From assembly GCA_039180205.1 (NCBI GenBank), contig JBCDDR010000002.1, positions 1-35,513 on the forward strand: a stretch of DNA of 35,513 nt, given 5' to 3'. Shown in pieces: positions 28,130-35,513 of the stretch. The notes below the pieces were generated by a model that made no database searches, was not told the DNA's origin, and worked only from the letters and a program-made list of their open reading frames with translations. This DNA comes from Pseudomonadota bacterium (GTDB lineage Bacteria; Pseudomonadota; Alphaproteobacteria; Sphingomonadales; JBCDDR01). Within the stretch, counting starts at the first letter, position 1. Every line of letters starts with the position of its first letter. A program made the translations under genes and the position numbers.

Positions 28130-28726
28130 TCAGCCAAAAGACTTTGAATAGAAGTAACCGGGAACGAAGCGATCGCCAAGCTTTGCATAGTCAGCTTTTT
28201 CGCCCCAACGCTTGAAGCCCGCCGCTTCAAATACCGCAATTGCGCGCAACCGGGTGGCGCGGACCGATAAATTGATCATTGCCGCACCCTCGGCATCGGC
28301 AACCTCGTCGCTTTTATGAAGTAGCATCGGCGCCAGGCCAATGCCCTGCGCCCAGGGCGCGATGAAAAAGTCCTTGAGCTCAAAAACGTCAGAGCCAAGT
28401 TCACTGAATTGCCCCTGCCGAACAAGCTGAAGCGCGCCTGCCACGCGGCCGTCAACACGCCCAAGAATGAGATGGCGGTGCGGTGCCAGCAGAACACCGC
28501 GCCAATAATTTTGAAAGGCGCCTTCGCTGGGTGCCCCCGCCCACGTGGCCTCTCCAACATCAATAATCGTTTCGCGCGATGCAATTGCCAGTTCGCCGAC
28601 AACGCGAGCGACTGCCGCATTTGGCAACGTACCCACGCTTTCGGCATGAAGCAGGTTTTCACCGTCCGACCGTAAGGCGGGTTTCGACGATTGAAGCCCG
28701 CGTCTTTGTGCTTGTCCTGACGCCAT
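28130..28726 (-). CDS. GNAT-family N-acetyltransferase inserted between hisH and hisA
   Basis: The acetyl-CoA motif A-like region is LKDFFIAPWAQGIGLAPMLL. The C-terminal block is LSVRATRLRAIAVFEAAGFKRWGE. The ATG at 28726 shares one base with the hisH TAA (TAATG). An alternative ATG lies at 28738. Confidence 0.7.
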   Translation of the reverse strand: MASGQAQRRGLQSSKPALRSDGENLLHAESVGTLPNAAVARVVGELAIASRETIIDVGEATWAGAPSEGAFQNYWRGVLLAPHRHLILGRVDGRVAGALQLVRQGQFSELGSDVFELKDFFIAPWAQGIGLAPMLLHKSDEVADAEGAAMINLSVRATRLRAIAVFEAAGFKRWGEKADYAKLGDRFVPGYFYSKSFG

Positions 28727-29409
28727 TAGGGTTCCCATCCTAGGAAGTTTTGAAACAGCTGGAGCCCGAGACGCTGGCTTTTTTCCGGATGAAACTGAGT
28801 GGCAAAGATATTGTCTTTTGCAACCGCAGCGGCCAGCGTCACCCCATCATAATTGGTTTCGGCAACCACCGTTTGCGCATCGGCAACCATATGGTAGCTA
28901 TGCACAAAATAGGCATGGTCGTCGGGATCGATGTTCTTAAAGAGGGTATGTGACGATAGAGTTTCAACCCCTTCTTGTTCACCGCCGATCACAGTTTGCT
29001 TTTTCATCGCAAGCGTATTCCAGCCCATGTGCGGAATGATACGGCCAGGCTTGGGAGGGATAGCAATGACGCGGCCCCCAATCCATCCAAGTCCAGGCGT
29101 TTCGCCGAATTCCTCACCGATATCGGCGAGCAATTGCATCCCAACGCAAATGCCAAAGAGCGGGCGGCCCTTGCCGAAAATCGCCCCCTCGAGCGCTTCC
29201 ACCATCCCATCGAGTGCAAACAGTCCGTCTCGACAGGCGCGGAATGCTCCTACTCCAGGTAAGATAATGCGATCTGCGTTGGCGACCAGATCGGGGTCAG
29301 CCGTTACACTGATTTCGCACCGGGTGTTCGCTTCACCCGCAGCGCGTTCAAAGGCTTTGGCAGCCGAGCGTAAATTGCCCGACCCATAGTCAACAATTGC
29401 CAGTTTCAT
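28726..29409 (-). CDS. hisH: Imidazole glycerol phosphate synthase glutamine amidotransferase subunit
   Basis: Motifs are IVDYGSGNLRS, ILPGVGAF, GICVGMQLL (catalytic Cys) and FATQFHPEKS. Confidence 0.96.
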   Translation of the reverse strand: MKLAIVDYGSGNLRSAAKAFERAAGEANTRCEISVTADPDLVANADRIILPGVGAFRACRDGLFALDGMVEALEGAIFGKGRPLFGICVGMQLLADIGEEFGETPGLGWIGGRVIAIPPKPGRIIPHMGWNTLAMKKQTVIGGEQEGVETLSSHTLFKNIDPDDHAYFVHSYHMVADAQTVVAETNYDGVTLAAAVAKDNIFATQFHPEKSQRLGLQLFQNFLGWEP

Positions 29410-29427
29410 AAGTTCGTTCCGGGGGTC

Positions 29428-30075
29428 TCAGCCTTCACCCTCAAAGCCGCCACCAAGCGTACCCTTTGTCGAGGGCACAGCGTCGGCTTTACGCGGATCA
29501 ATTGTGATTGCGGCACGCAGCGACCGCGCGAGCCCCTTGTAGGCACTCTCGATCATATGATGATTGTTGGTCCCGTAAAGTGTCTCGACGTGAAGCGTCA
29601 CACCGGCGGCTTGAGCAAACGCGCGGAACCATTCCAAAAAGAGCTCAGTATCAAATTGCCCAAGTTTATCGCGTGTGAATTCGACTTTCCACACCAGGAA
29701 CGGTCGCCCTGAAACATCGATCGCGACACGGGTGAGGGTTTCATCCATGGGGATCAGCGCACTTGCGTATCGCGTAATGCCCTTCATATCTCCCAATGCA
29801 CGGGCGACGGCTTCGCCGATGGCGATACCGGTATCTTCGGTCGTGTGGTGATCATCAATCCAGGTGTCGCCCTTTGCCCGTACATAAAGATCGATCAGGC
29901 TGTGGCGTGAAAGCTGTTCGAGCATATGATTGAGAAACCCGATGCCGGTATCGACGTCGTAGGCGCCCGTACCATCCAAATCAACGCGAACTTCGATCGC
30001 TGTTTCCTTCGTCTCGCGACGCACCTCTGCGCGACGGGGCAGGGTCGATTTCGACATGTTCATACTCACTTCCAT
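29428..30075 (-). CDS. hisB: Imidazoleglycerol-phosphate dehydratase
   Basis: Motifs are [36 protein letters not shown] and [12 protein letters not shown]. The start could instead be 30063 or 30057. Confidence 0.95.
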   Translation of the reverse strand: MEVSMNMSKSTLPRRAEVRRETKETAIEVRVDLDGTGAYDVDTGIGFLNHMLEQLSRHSLIDLYVRAKGDTWIDDHHTTEDTGIAIGEAVARALGDMKGITRYASALIPMDETLTRVAIDVSGRPFLVWKVEFTRDKLGQFDTELFLEWFRAFAQAAGVTLHVETLYGTNNHHMIESAYKGLARSLRAAITIDPRKADAVPSTKGTLGGGFEGEG

Positions 30076-30175
30076 CGGATCTCAAGGCGAGCGCTATAGC
30101 AGCGAGCATCAAGCGTGACTAGGGGGTAGACCGATATTGGCGTCGATGCTGGTCCTGTTGACGGATACGCTGAAC

Positions 30176-30203
30176 CTTGTGTCACGCTTTCACGCGGCTA
30201 TAT
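30176..30203 (+). promoter_or_regulatory. Candidate sigma-32 (RpoH)-type promoter for hslVU: CTTG-N18-CTATAT
   Basis: CTTG lies at 30176-30179 and CTATAT at 30198-30203, about 60 nt upstream of the hslV ATG. It resembles the alphaproteobacterial RpoH consensus CTTG-N17-CYTAT.T but is not identical. hslVU is a classical heat-shock operon. Confidence 0.3.
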
Positions 30204-30262
30204 GAAGAGGCCAAGCAGCGGCCGCCTATTCAAGAACATTGCCGGGAAAGGAAACGCATTTC

Positions 30263-30823
30263 ATGGCAGAAGAGACGAACGGTTTTCCGGGTTGGCATGG
30301 CACAACCATTCTATCCGTCCGCAAGAATGGAGAGGTTGTGGTCGCTGGCGACGGTCAGGTGTCGGTTGGACAAACCGTTATGAAAGGAAGCGCACGCAAG
30401 GTCCGCCCCATTGGCAAGGGCGATGTGATTGCCGGGTTCGCAGGCGCAACCGCCGATGCGTTTACGCTTCTGGAACGGCTGGAAGAAAAGTTGGAGCGGT
30501 TTCCAAGTCAGCTCACAAGAGCATCGGTAGAGCTCGCCAAAGACTGGCGCACCGACCGCTATCTCAGACGGCTTGAGGCGATGATGGCAGTTGTCGATAA
30601 AGATGTGAGCCTTGTGATCACCGGCAATGGCGATGTTCTGGAGCCGGATGACGGTCTCATCGGGATCGGCTCTGGCGGGCATTTTGCGCTTGCCGCAGCA
30701 CGCGCACTGATCGACCGCGACGACATGACCGCAGAAGAGATCGCGCGGAAGGCAATGGCAATCGCCGCCGACATTTGCGTCTATACAAACGACCAGTTGA
30801 TTGTGGAGAAACTGACCTCATGA
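30263..30823 (+). CDS. hslV: ATP-dependent protease subunit HslV
   Basis: Motifs are [24 protein letters not shown] and [13 protein letters not shown] at 30263, with a GGAAAGGAAA purine run 9-18 nt upstream. Confidence 0.95.
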   Translation: MAEETNGFPGWHGTTILSVRKNGEVVVAGDGQVSVGQTVMKGSARKVRPIGKGDVIAGFAGATADAFTLLERLEEKLERFPSQLTRASVELAKDWRTDRYLRRLEAMMAVVDKDVSLVITGNGDVLEPDDGLIGIGSGGHFALAAARALIDRDDMTAEEIARKAMAIAADICVYTNDQLIVEKLTS

Positions 30824-32220
30824 CAAGTACAACGCCTTCGGGGACACCGAACGACGCCGAGATCAAGAGCAGCTTCGCAACGAATGGACATGCGAAACCG
30901 TCCGAGAATAGTGCCGCTGCGTTTTCGCCTCGAGAAACGGTGTCAGAGCTTGATCGCTATATTATCGGTCAACATGATGCGAAGCGCGCGGTGGCCATCG
31001 CGCTCAGAAACCGGTGGCGGCGCCAACAACTGCCAGATGATTTGCGCGATGAGGTGTTGCCGAAGAATATTCTCATGATTGGGCCGACCGGTTGCGGCAA
31101 AACCGAGATTTCACGCCGCCTGGCCAAACTCGCAAAGGCCCCCTTCATCAAGGTCGAGGCAACGAAGTTCACCGAGGTCGGCTATGTCGGTCGCGATGTT
31201 GAAAGTATCGTGCGCGACCTGGTTGAGGTTGCCCAAACGCTGGTGCGCGAAGAAAACCGCGCTTCGGTGCGCGCGAAAGCGCATCTCGCCGCGGAAGAGC
31301 GCGTTTTGGATGCGGTTGTGGGCAAGGATTCAAGCGAAACCACACGGACGAGTTTCCGCCGGAAATTACGCGACGGGGAGCTTGGTGAAAGTGAGATCGA
31401 GCTCGAGGTTCAGGATCAGGGTTCGGGCATGCCGCAGTTTGAGATGCCAGGCATGCCGGGCGCGCAAATCGGCATGATGGATTTGAATGACCTGCTGGGG
31501 AAGGCCATGGGTGGGCGCACCAAAAAGCGTCGCATGAAGGTTGATGATGCCTATGATGTTTTGATCGCAGAAGAGTCGGATAAGCTTCTCGATGACGATG
31601 CGATTGTGCGCGAGGCGCTCGCCTTGACCGAGAATAGCGGGATCGTCTTTTTGGATGAAATCGACAAAATCTGCGCGTCCGAATCTCGTCGCGGCGGAGA
31701 TGTTTCGCGCGAGGGGGTTCAGCGCGATCTCTTGCCTCTGATCGAGGGAACATCGGTTTCCACGAAATACGGCGCGATCAAAACCGACCATATTCTGTTT
31801 ATCGCATCGGGTGCGTTTTCGCTCGCGAAACCGAGTGATTTGTTGCCCGAATTGCAAGGGCGCCTGCCGATACGCGTCGAGCTTTCAGCGCTGACCCGCG
31901 AAGATTTTCAGCGTATCTTGACCGAACCCGAAAACAGCCTGATCCGGCAGTATTCAGCTCTCATGGCAACAGAGGAAGTGACGCTCACCTTCACCGAAGA
32001 CGGCATCAATGAAATCGCTAAGGTATCGGCTGATGTGAATGCAAAGGTTGAGAACATCGGTGCGCGTCGGCTGCATACCGTTATGGAACGTGTGTTGGAC
32101 GAGATCAGTTTCGCGGCGACCGATCAACCGGGTACCGAACACATTATTGATGCGGCCTATGTGCACAAGCATATCGCAGATTTGGCTGAGAACAGCGACC
32201 TCTCGCGATTTATTCTCTAG
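30820..32220 (+). CDS. hslU: ATP-dependent protease ATPase subunit HslU
   Basis: Motifs are [24 protein letters not shown], Walker [11 protein letters not shown], Walker [10 protein letters not shown] and the C-terminal SRFIL. The ATG overlaps the hslV TGA (ATGA). Confidence 0.95.
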   Translation: MTSTTPSGTPNDAEIKSSFATNGHAKPSENSAAAFSPRETVSELDRYIIGQHDAKRAVAIALRNRWRRQQLPDDLRDEVLPKNILMIGPTGCGKTEISRRLAKLAKAPFIKVEATKFTEVGYVGRDVESIVRDLVEVAQTLVREENRASVRAKAHLAAEERVLDAVVGKDSSETTRTSFRRKLRDGELGESEIELEVQDQGSGMPQFEMPGMPGAQIGMMDLNDLLGKAMGGRTKKRRMKVDDAYDVLIAEESDKLLDDDAIVREALALTENSGIVFLDEIDKICASESRRGGDVSREGVQRDLLPLIEGTSVSTKYGAIKTDHILFIASGAFSLAKPSDLLPELQGRLPIRVELSALTREDFQRILTEPENSLIRQYSALMATEEVTLTFTEDGINEIAKVSADVNAKVENIGARRLHTVMERVLDEISFAATDQPGTEHIIDAAYVHKHIADLAENSDLSRFIL

Positions 32221-32232
32221 GCGAACGGTGGG

Positions 32233-32733
32233 GTGGATGTGAATGCGCCAGACGACGATACACCCGAACATCCTTTCACCGGGGTGACAGGTCTCGATGT
32301 TGCGCGCGGCGTGATGCGTCATCTCGCCGAATGCGGTGCCGTTGCCCTTACCGAGGTACCTGTCAATCGCCGTCGCCGCGTGGATGTGATGGCGATGACA
32401 TCGGCGGGCACACTGATTATCGTCGAGGTGAAAGTCAGTCTTGCCGATTTACGCGGGGATCAGAAATGGCCCGAATATCTGGCATACTGTGACCAGTTTT
32501 ACTTCGCCGTACCGCCTCAGTTTCCTGTTGACGTCCTCGACGAAGATCGCTTTCGCCCCGCCGAAGCAGGGCTTATTTTAGCCGACGCATTTGCGGGGCA
32601 TTGTGCGCGCACCGCACCGGTTCAAAAAATCGCGCCTGCGCGCCGAAAGGCACAAACGATATTGTTTGCCCGACGGGCGGCGATGCGGCTTCAGGCACTT
32701 GAAGATCCAGGCTTTCGACAGCCCTGGGCCTAG
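32233..32733 (+). CDS. mmcB: MmcB-family (DUF1052, PD-(D/E)xK-like) DNA repair protein
   Basis: Motifs are RRRVDVMAMTSAGTLIIVEVKVSLADLRGDQKWPEYLAYCDQFYFAVPP. The start is a GTG. Confidence 0.65.
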   Translation: MDVNAPDDDTPEHPFTGVTGLDVARGVMRHLAECGAVALTEVPVNRRRRVDVMAMTSAGTLIIVEVKVSLADLRGDQKWPEYLAYCDQFYFAVPPQFPVDVLDEDRFRPAEAGLILADAFAGHCARTAPVQKIAPARRKAQTILFARRAAMRLQALEDPGFRQPWA

Positions 32734-32751
32734 CGATTGTTCAAAGGAACA

Positions 32752-34965
32752 TCACGAAACCAGTTCGACAAAGCCCTCTCTATCTGAACGCCATTCTTCC
32801 AGATAAGGCCGACCTCCCCGGTGATCGACGACGAACGCCAGCGCCGTCATAATTTCGGTGGTACAGCCGTTGGTTTTTTCTTCCTCGGCGACCATTTCAA
32901 GCGCGCGTTCAATGGTCATCGCTGCGCGAAAGGCGCGTGGGCTGATCATTGAGACAAACTGGTTCGAAAGCCGCAGCAGAGCCGCCCCTCGACGGATCGC
33001 CTGCTGATCGAAGTTTTCGGTCTCCATGCTGAGGTCAGTGTCTGGATCAATCGCCAGTCGAAGCAACGGCGCGACAGGTCTTGAGAAAGGCACTTTTTCA
33101 ATCAGTGTGATCACCTTTTTCAGGTTTTGGCGCACCAGGTCTTGCTCGGCGTCACTCAGCGCCGATGCGCGGGTCAACAGCGAGCGTGGGGTCAGCAATT
33201 TTCCGGCATTCAATAGCCATGCGGCCTGCGATACGGCATCGGCCATCGGCTCGGCGAGTGCCATGGCATCGGCGGCCTCCTCAACAAGGAAATGCAACGC
33301 GGCCGAATGTTTGGCGGCGAAGGGGTCGCGTGCATCAATGAGTGCGATCAACAGCTGAACAAGTTCTTCTTGTACGGCGCGATAATTGCTCTCAGCCGCC
33401 ACAGTTTCAGATAAGTCATGCCAGGTCAGAATGGCGAAGGCATCAGTAGCCTCATCCAGAATACGCGCATCGACGCGCCCCTGACGCGGTTGACCTTTGA
33501 TGATCAGTTCAATGTCTTCTCCTGAAGGCAGACCGCGATTTTCCGCATCGCCTAAAACGGTTAGCAGCGGTTCGGCCAGGGTGGCTCCAAGGAGGGCGTG
33601 TAGATCCTTGCCAGTACAATCCTCTCGGGAAATCCCGGCGAGGCGCGCCGCCCCCTCGTTCGCAAAGACAACTTCGCCATTTCCACTGAGGGCGAAAATG
33701 ACGGTCGGCTGCGCGTCAATTGTCGTCCGCAAAAGCGAGGCAAGTGCGCTCTGTTGGGTTGCCAGCATGTGCGTCTGGTTTGCGAGTGCCGCTAACTTCA
33801 TCGATGACCCATGCCGCCAAGCGAGGATAATTGACGCGGCAGCTGCCAGAATCGCCGAAATCACTGAGATGAGCAGCAACCGACGGCTTTTTCGGATCGG
33901 GGCGAGAACGGCGTCGGCTTCACGCGTCTCCATCAATGTCCACGGCGTGCCCGCGATCCGCCTCCCCGTAGCAAAAACTCTTGAGCCGAGCGCGCCCCTT
34001 GCATCGATGATTGTTCCCGGCGTCGATAGAACCTGGGCCGCTGCCGGGGCATCGCTGGCGGCCCGCCGCGTTCCAACGTCCAGCCAATCCCTATCGGTGT
34101 AAAGGTATGCGACAGCCTCTGGTGCAGGATTATTCGATGGTTCAAGAAGCGCCCAACGCGTATCTTCCCGCTCACCCGCAAAAATAGGCCCGCGCGCGAG
34201 GTCTTCCGAAAAACGCGGCTTCATGTCTTGCACAACCAAAAGATACGCGCTCGGTGATGCGCCGGGATCTGATTGAACCGCGGCGACTGGGGCGAGCAAT
34301 ATCATCGCTGGCGCTGATTGCGGAACGCCCAGTTTGGGGCCCCATTCGCCAATTCCCGACAGAATGAGCGGCTCTGACCCCAGTAGGGCGCGGGGCAAAA
34401 GCTCTGTGACCGAGGGGGCAATCCCAGCTTGAGATGGGCCGTTCCCCCATCCACCGATCCCCCATCCACCGATCCCAAGGAGCGGGGAGCCGTTTGCCGC
34501 GAGCAAAACAAGTCCGCCTGTCACGGTTCGGCCAATGTTTGCCCCGCGAACGCCTGAACTTTCTGACCCTAAAAACCCTTGCTGTTCCGCCGCGAGCGAC
34601 AGTGCGTTTTGTAAATAGGCAGCCGCCGCAGCTTTTGTATCTTCCGTTTCGGTCTCGCTTTGCAAAAGACTGGCATAGAGCGCGATAGAAGGGTTTGTGG
34701 CAAGCCTTTGCACCGCACGAGCACTCGCATTGATAACGCCGGAAAGTGCGGTTGCCCGTGCATCGGCTGACCGGGCCAGTGTGGCGTGGGCAAGAGCGAG
34801 GTCGCGGTCGGTCGTTTTGGCCGAATAGACAAACACGATCGCAATGGCGGATAGGACAAGGCCGACCAATAGACCAACGAATACCCAGAGCCGGGTCTGG
34901 CTCGGTGTATTGGCGGTGTCTATGGTTGCCACAAGCCCGGGTACTTCTCTCGGATTATTGAGCAC
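32752..34965 (-). CDS. Two-TM sensor/receptor with a large periplasmic domain, a PAS-like segment and a degenerate HD-GYP-like C-terminal domain
   Basis: TM1 is LWVFVGLLVGLVLSAIAIVFVY. About 320 aa of extracytoplasmic sequence follow. TM2 is LLLISVISAILAAAASIILAW. The PAS-like segment is PTVIFALSGNGEVVFANEGAARLAGISREDCTGKDLHALL. The C-terminus keeps the HD-GYP block order (LIDARDPFAAKHS ... AWLLNAGKLLTP ... SNQFVSMISPRAFRAAMT). However, the HD dyad reads LN and no GYP block is present. The start is a GTG. Confidence 0.65.
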   Translation of the reverse strand: MLNNPREVPGLVATIDTANTPSQTRLWVFVGLLVGLVLSAIAIVFVYSAKTTDRDLALAHATLARSADARATALSGVINASARAVQRLATNPSIALYASLLQSETETEDTKAAAAAYLQNALSLAAEQQGFLGSESSGVRGANIGRTVTGGLVLLAANGSPLLGIGGWGIGGWGNGPSQAGIAPSVTELLPRALLGSEPLILSGIGEWGPKLGVPQSAPAMILLAPVAAVQSDPGASPSAYLLVVQDMKPRFSEDLARGPIFAGEREDTRWALLEPSNNPAPEAVAYLYTDRDWLDVGTRRAASDAPAAAQVLSTPGTIIDARGALGSRVFATGRRIAGTPWTLMETREADAVLAPIRKSRRLLLISVISAILAAAASIILAWRHGSSMKLAALANQTHMLATQQSALASLLRTTIDAQPTVIFALSGNGEVVFANEGAARLAGISREDCTGKDLHALLGATLAEPLLTVLGDAENRGLPSGEDIELIIKGQPRQGRVDARILDEATDAFAILTWHDLSETVAAESNYRAVQEELVQLLIALIDARDPFAAKHSAALHFLVEEAADAMALAEPMADAVSQAAWLLNAGKLLTPRSLLTRASALSDAEQDLVRQNLKKVITLIEKVPFSRPVAPLLRLAIDPDTDLSMETENFDQQAIRRGAALLRLSNQFVSMISPRAFRAAMTIERALEMVAEEEKTNGCTTEIMTALAFVVDHRGGRPYLEEWRSDREGFVELVS
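34444..34476. repeat. Tandem direct repeat, 15-bp unit cccccatccaccgat x2 plus a partial third copy, inside the receptor gene (encodes IGGWG-IGGWG)
   Basis: Read directly from the sequence. Unit 1 is 34444-34458, unit 2 is 34459-34473, then ccc follows. Confidence 0.9.
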
Positions 34966-35032
34966 GATACGCCTTTTCCCTTTGCCTGCTGCGGGTCATC
35001 CATTCTCAGCAATAGGTTATTCACCAAGACCT

Positions 35033-35047
35033 TTAACGCCGACTTAA
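35033..35047. promoter_or_regulatory. Perfect CtrA-type box TTAA-N7-TTAA in the divergent intergenic region
   Basis: ttaa cgccgac ttaa lies at 35033-35047. That is 68 nt from the receptor start (34965) and 66 nt from the first candidate start of the peptidase gene (35113). Confidence 0.35.
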
Positions 35048-35112
35048 ATACATGGTGACACCTTTCCGCTTTAAGTCCTGATCCGGCACTTCGGCCCTTT
35101 CGCATCCATTTG

Positions 35113-35513
35113 ATGGGCCGGCAGCAAGCGAGGCGTTTTGTGTCGAAAAACTTCACCCCGTTCATCTTCACTCGCATCGGACGATATTGTCTGATGACAG
35201 TAGTGGTCTGCGGGCTGTTGTGCTTCGTGGGGATGCCGCGTGAGGCTTCAGCCCGATCCGAAGCGGGGCTGTTCGGCACCCGCGAAGTCGAGCGGCGGGA
35301 TATCAGTGCGTTTCATAAATGGCTCGCCATGCTGGACCGCCATAATCGCAAAATTTCGTCTTCTCAGTCTCCAAAGGAAGCAATTGGGACGTGCCGCCCG
35401 GAGATGTTCGCCATTTGCGGCCCGCAATTAAAGCGGATCGACCCTTCGCACTGGAAGCATCTATCGGGTCGTGACCTGATAGATGCCGTCAATCGTGGCA
35501 TCAATCGCGCGCG
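35113..35513 (+). CDS. Partial (5' end only) secreted transglutaminase-like cysteine peptidase, BTLCP/LapG family
   Basis: This is my own translation. The frame is open from 35059 to the window end, so it is absent from the ORF track. It reads MGRQQARRFVSKNFTPFIFTRIGRYCLMTVVVCGLLCFVGMPREASARSEAGLFGT...ISAFHKWLAMLDRHNRKI...CRPEMFAICGPQ...WKHLSGRDLIDAVNRGINRA. The signal peptide, W..ML.R, the Cys pair and the AVN..IN blocks match N-termini of BTLCP (PF06035) proteins. The start could be 35113 or 35194. Confidence 0.6.
   Translation, partial: MGRQQARRFVSKNFTPFIFTRIGRYCLMTVVVCGLLCFVGMPREASARSEAGLFGTREVERRDISAFHKWLAMLDRHNRKISSSQSPKEAIGTCRPEMFAICGPQLKRIDPSHWKHLSGRDLIDAVNRGINRA

Noticed and set aside
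1-35513. Mobile elements, CRISPR arrays, defence or toxin-antitoxin modules, tRNA and rRNA genes
   Set aside because: I saw no transposase, integrase or phage-like ORF, no regularly spaced repeats, and no cloverleaf-compatible or rRNA-like sequence while reading both strands. A proper tRNAscan, Rfam or IS search would be needed for certainty.

Overview
This window looks like core chromosome from an alphaproteobacterium. That assignment rests on gene content and order, a CpdR-like receiver, MmcB, DUF2125 and a CtrA-type box. Almost all of it codes for recognisable housekeeping genes. On the minus strand: sdhC-sdhD-sdhA-(unknown secreted ORF)-sdhB, and hisB-hisH-(GNAT)-hisA-hisF-hisE-HIT. On the plus strand: ftsE-ftsX-DUF218-plsC, class II ribonucleotide reductase nrdJ, SRP RNA (ffs)-dnaX-ybaB-recR, and hslV-hslU-mmcB. 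Less ordinary content is listed here. (1) At the right edge, a two-TM receptor with a PAS segment and a degenerate HD-GYP-like C-terminus lies divergent from a partial LapG-family (BTLCP) secreted cysteine peptidase. A perfect TTAA-N7-TTAA box sits between them. I rank this as the best candidate for an undescribed signalling module, a LapD/LapG-like switch built on a different c-di-GMP-type domain. (2) A signal-peptide protein of unknown family is translationally coupled inside the sdh operon. (3) A soluble 816-aa histidine-kinase-like protein has an intact H-box but a degenerate ATP-binding domain. (4) A three-gene envelope glycan-modification module encodes a GT-C-like membrane protein, a GT2-GtrA fusion and an acyltransferase-3. 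(5) A 32-codon remnant of a TrxB-like gene lies at the left edge. I saw no rRNA, tRNA, CRISPR array, IS or transposase, or prophage genes. All calls come from reading the translations and sequence by eye. No database search was run, so family names are recognition-level assignments.
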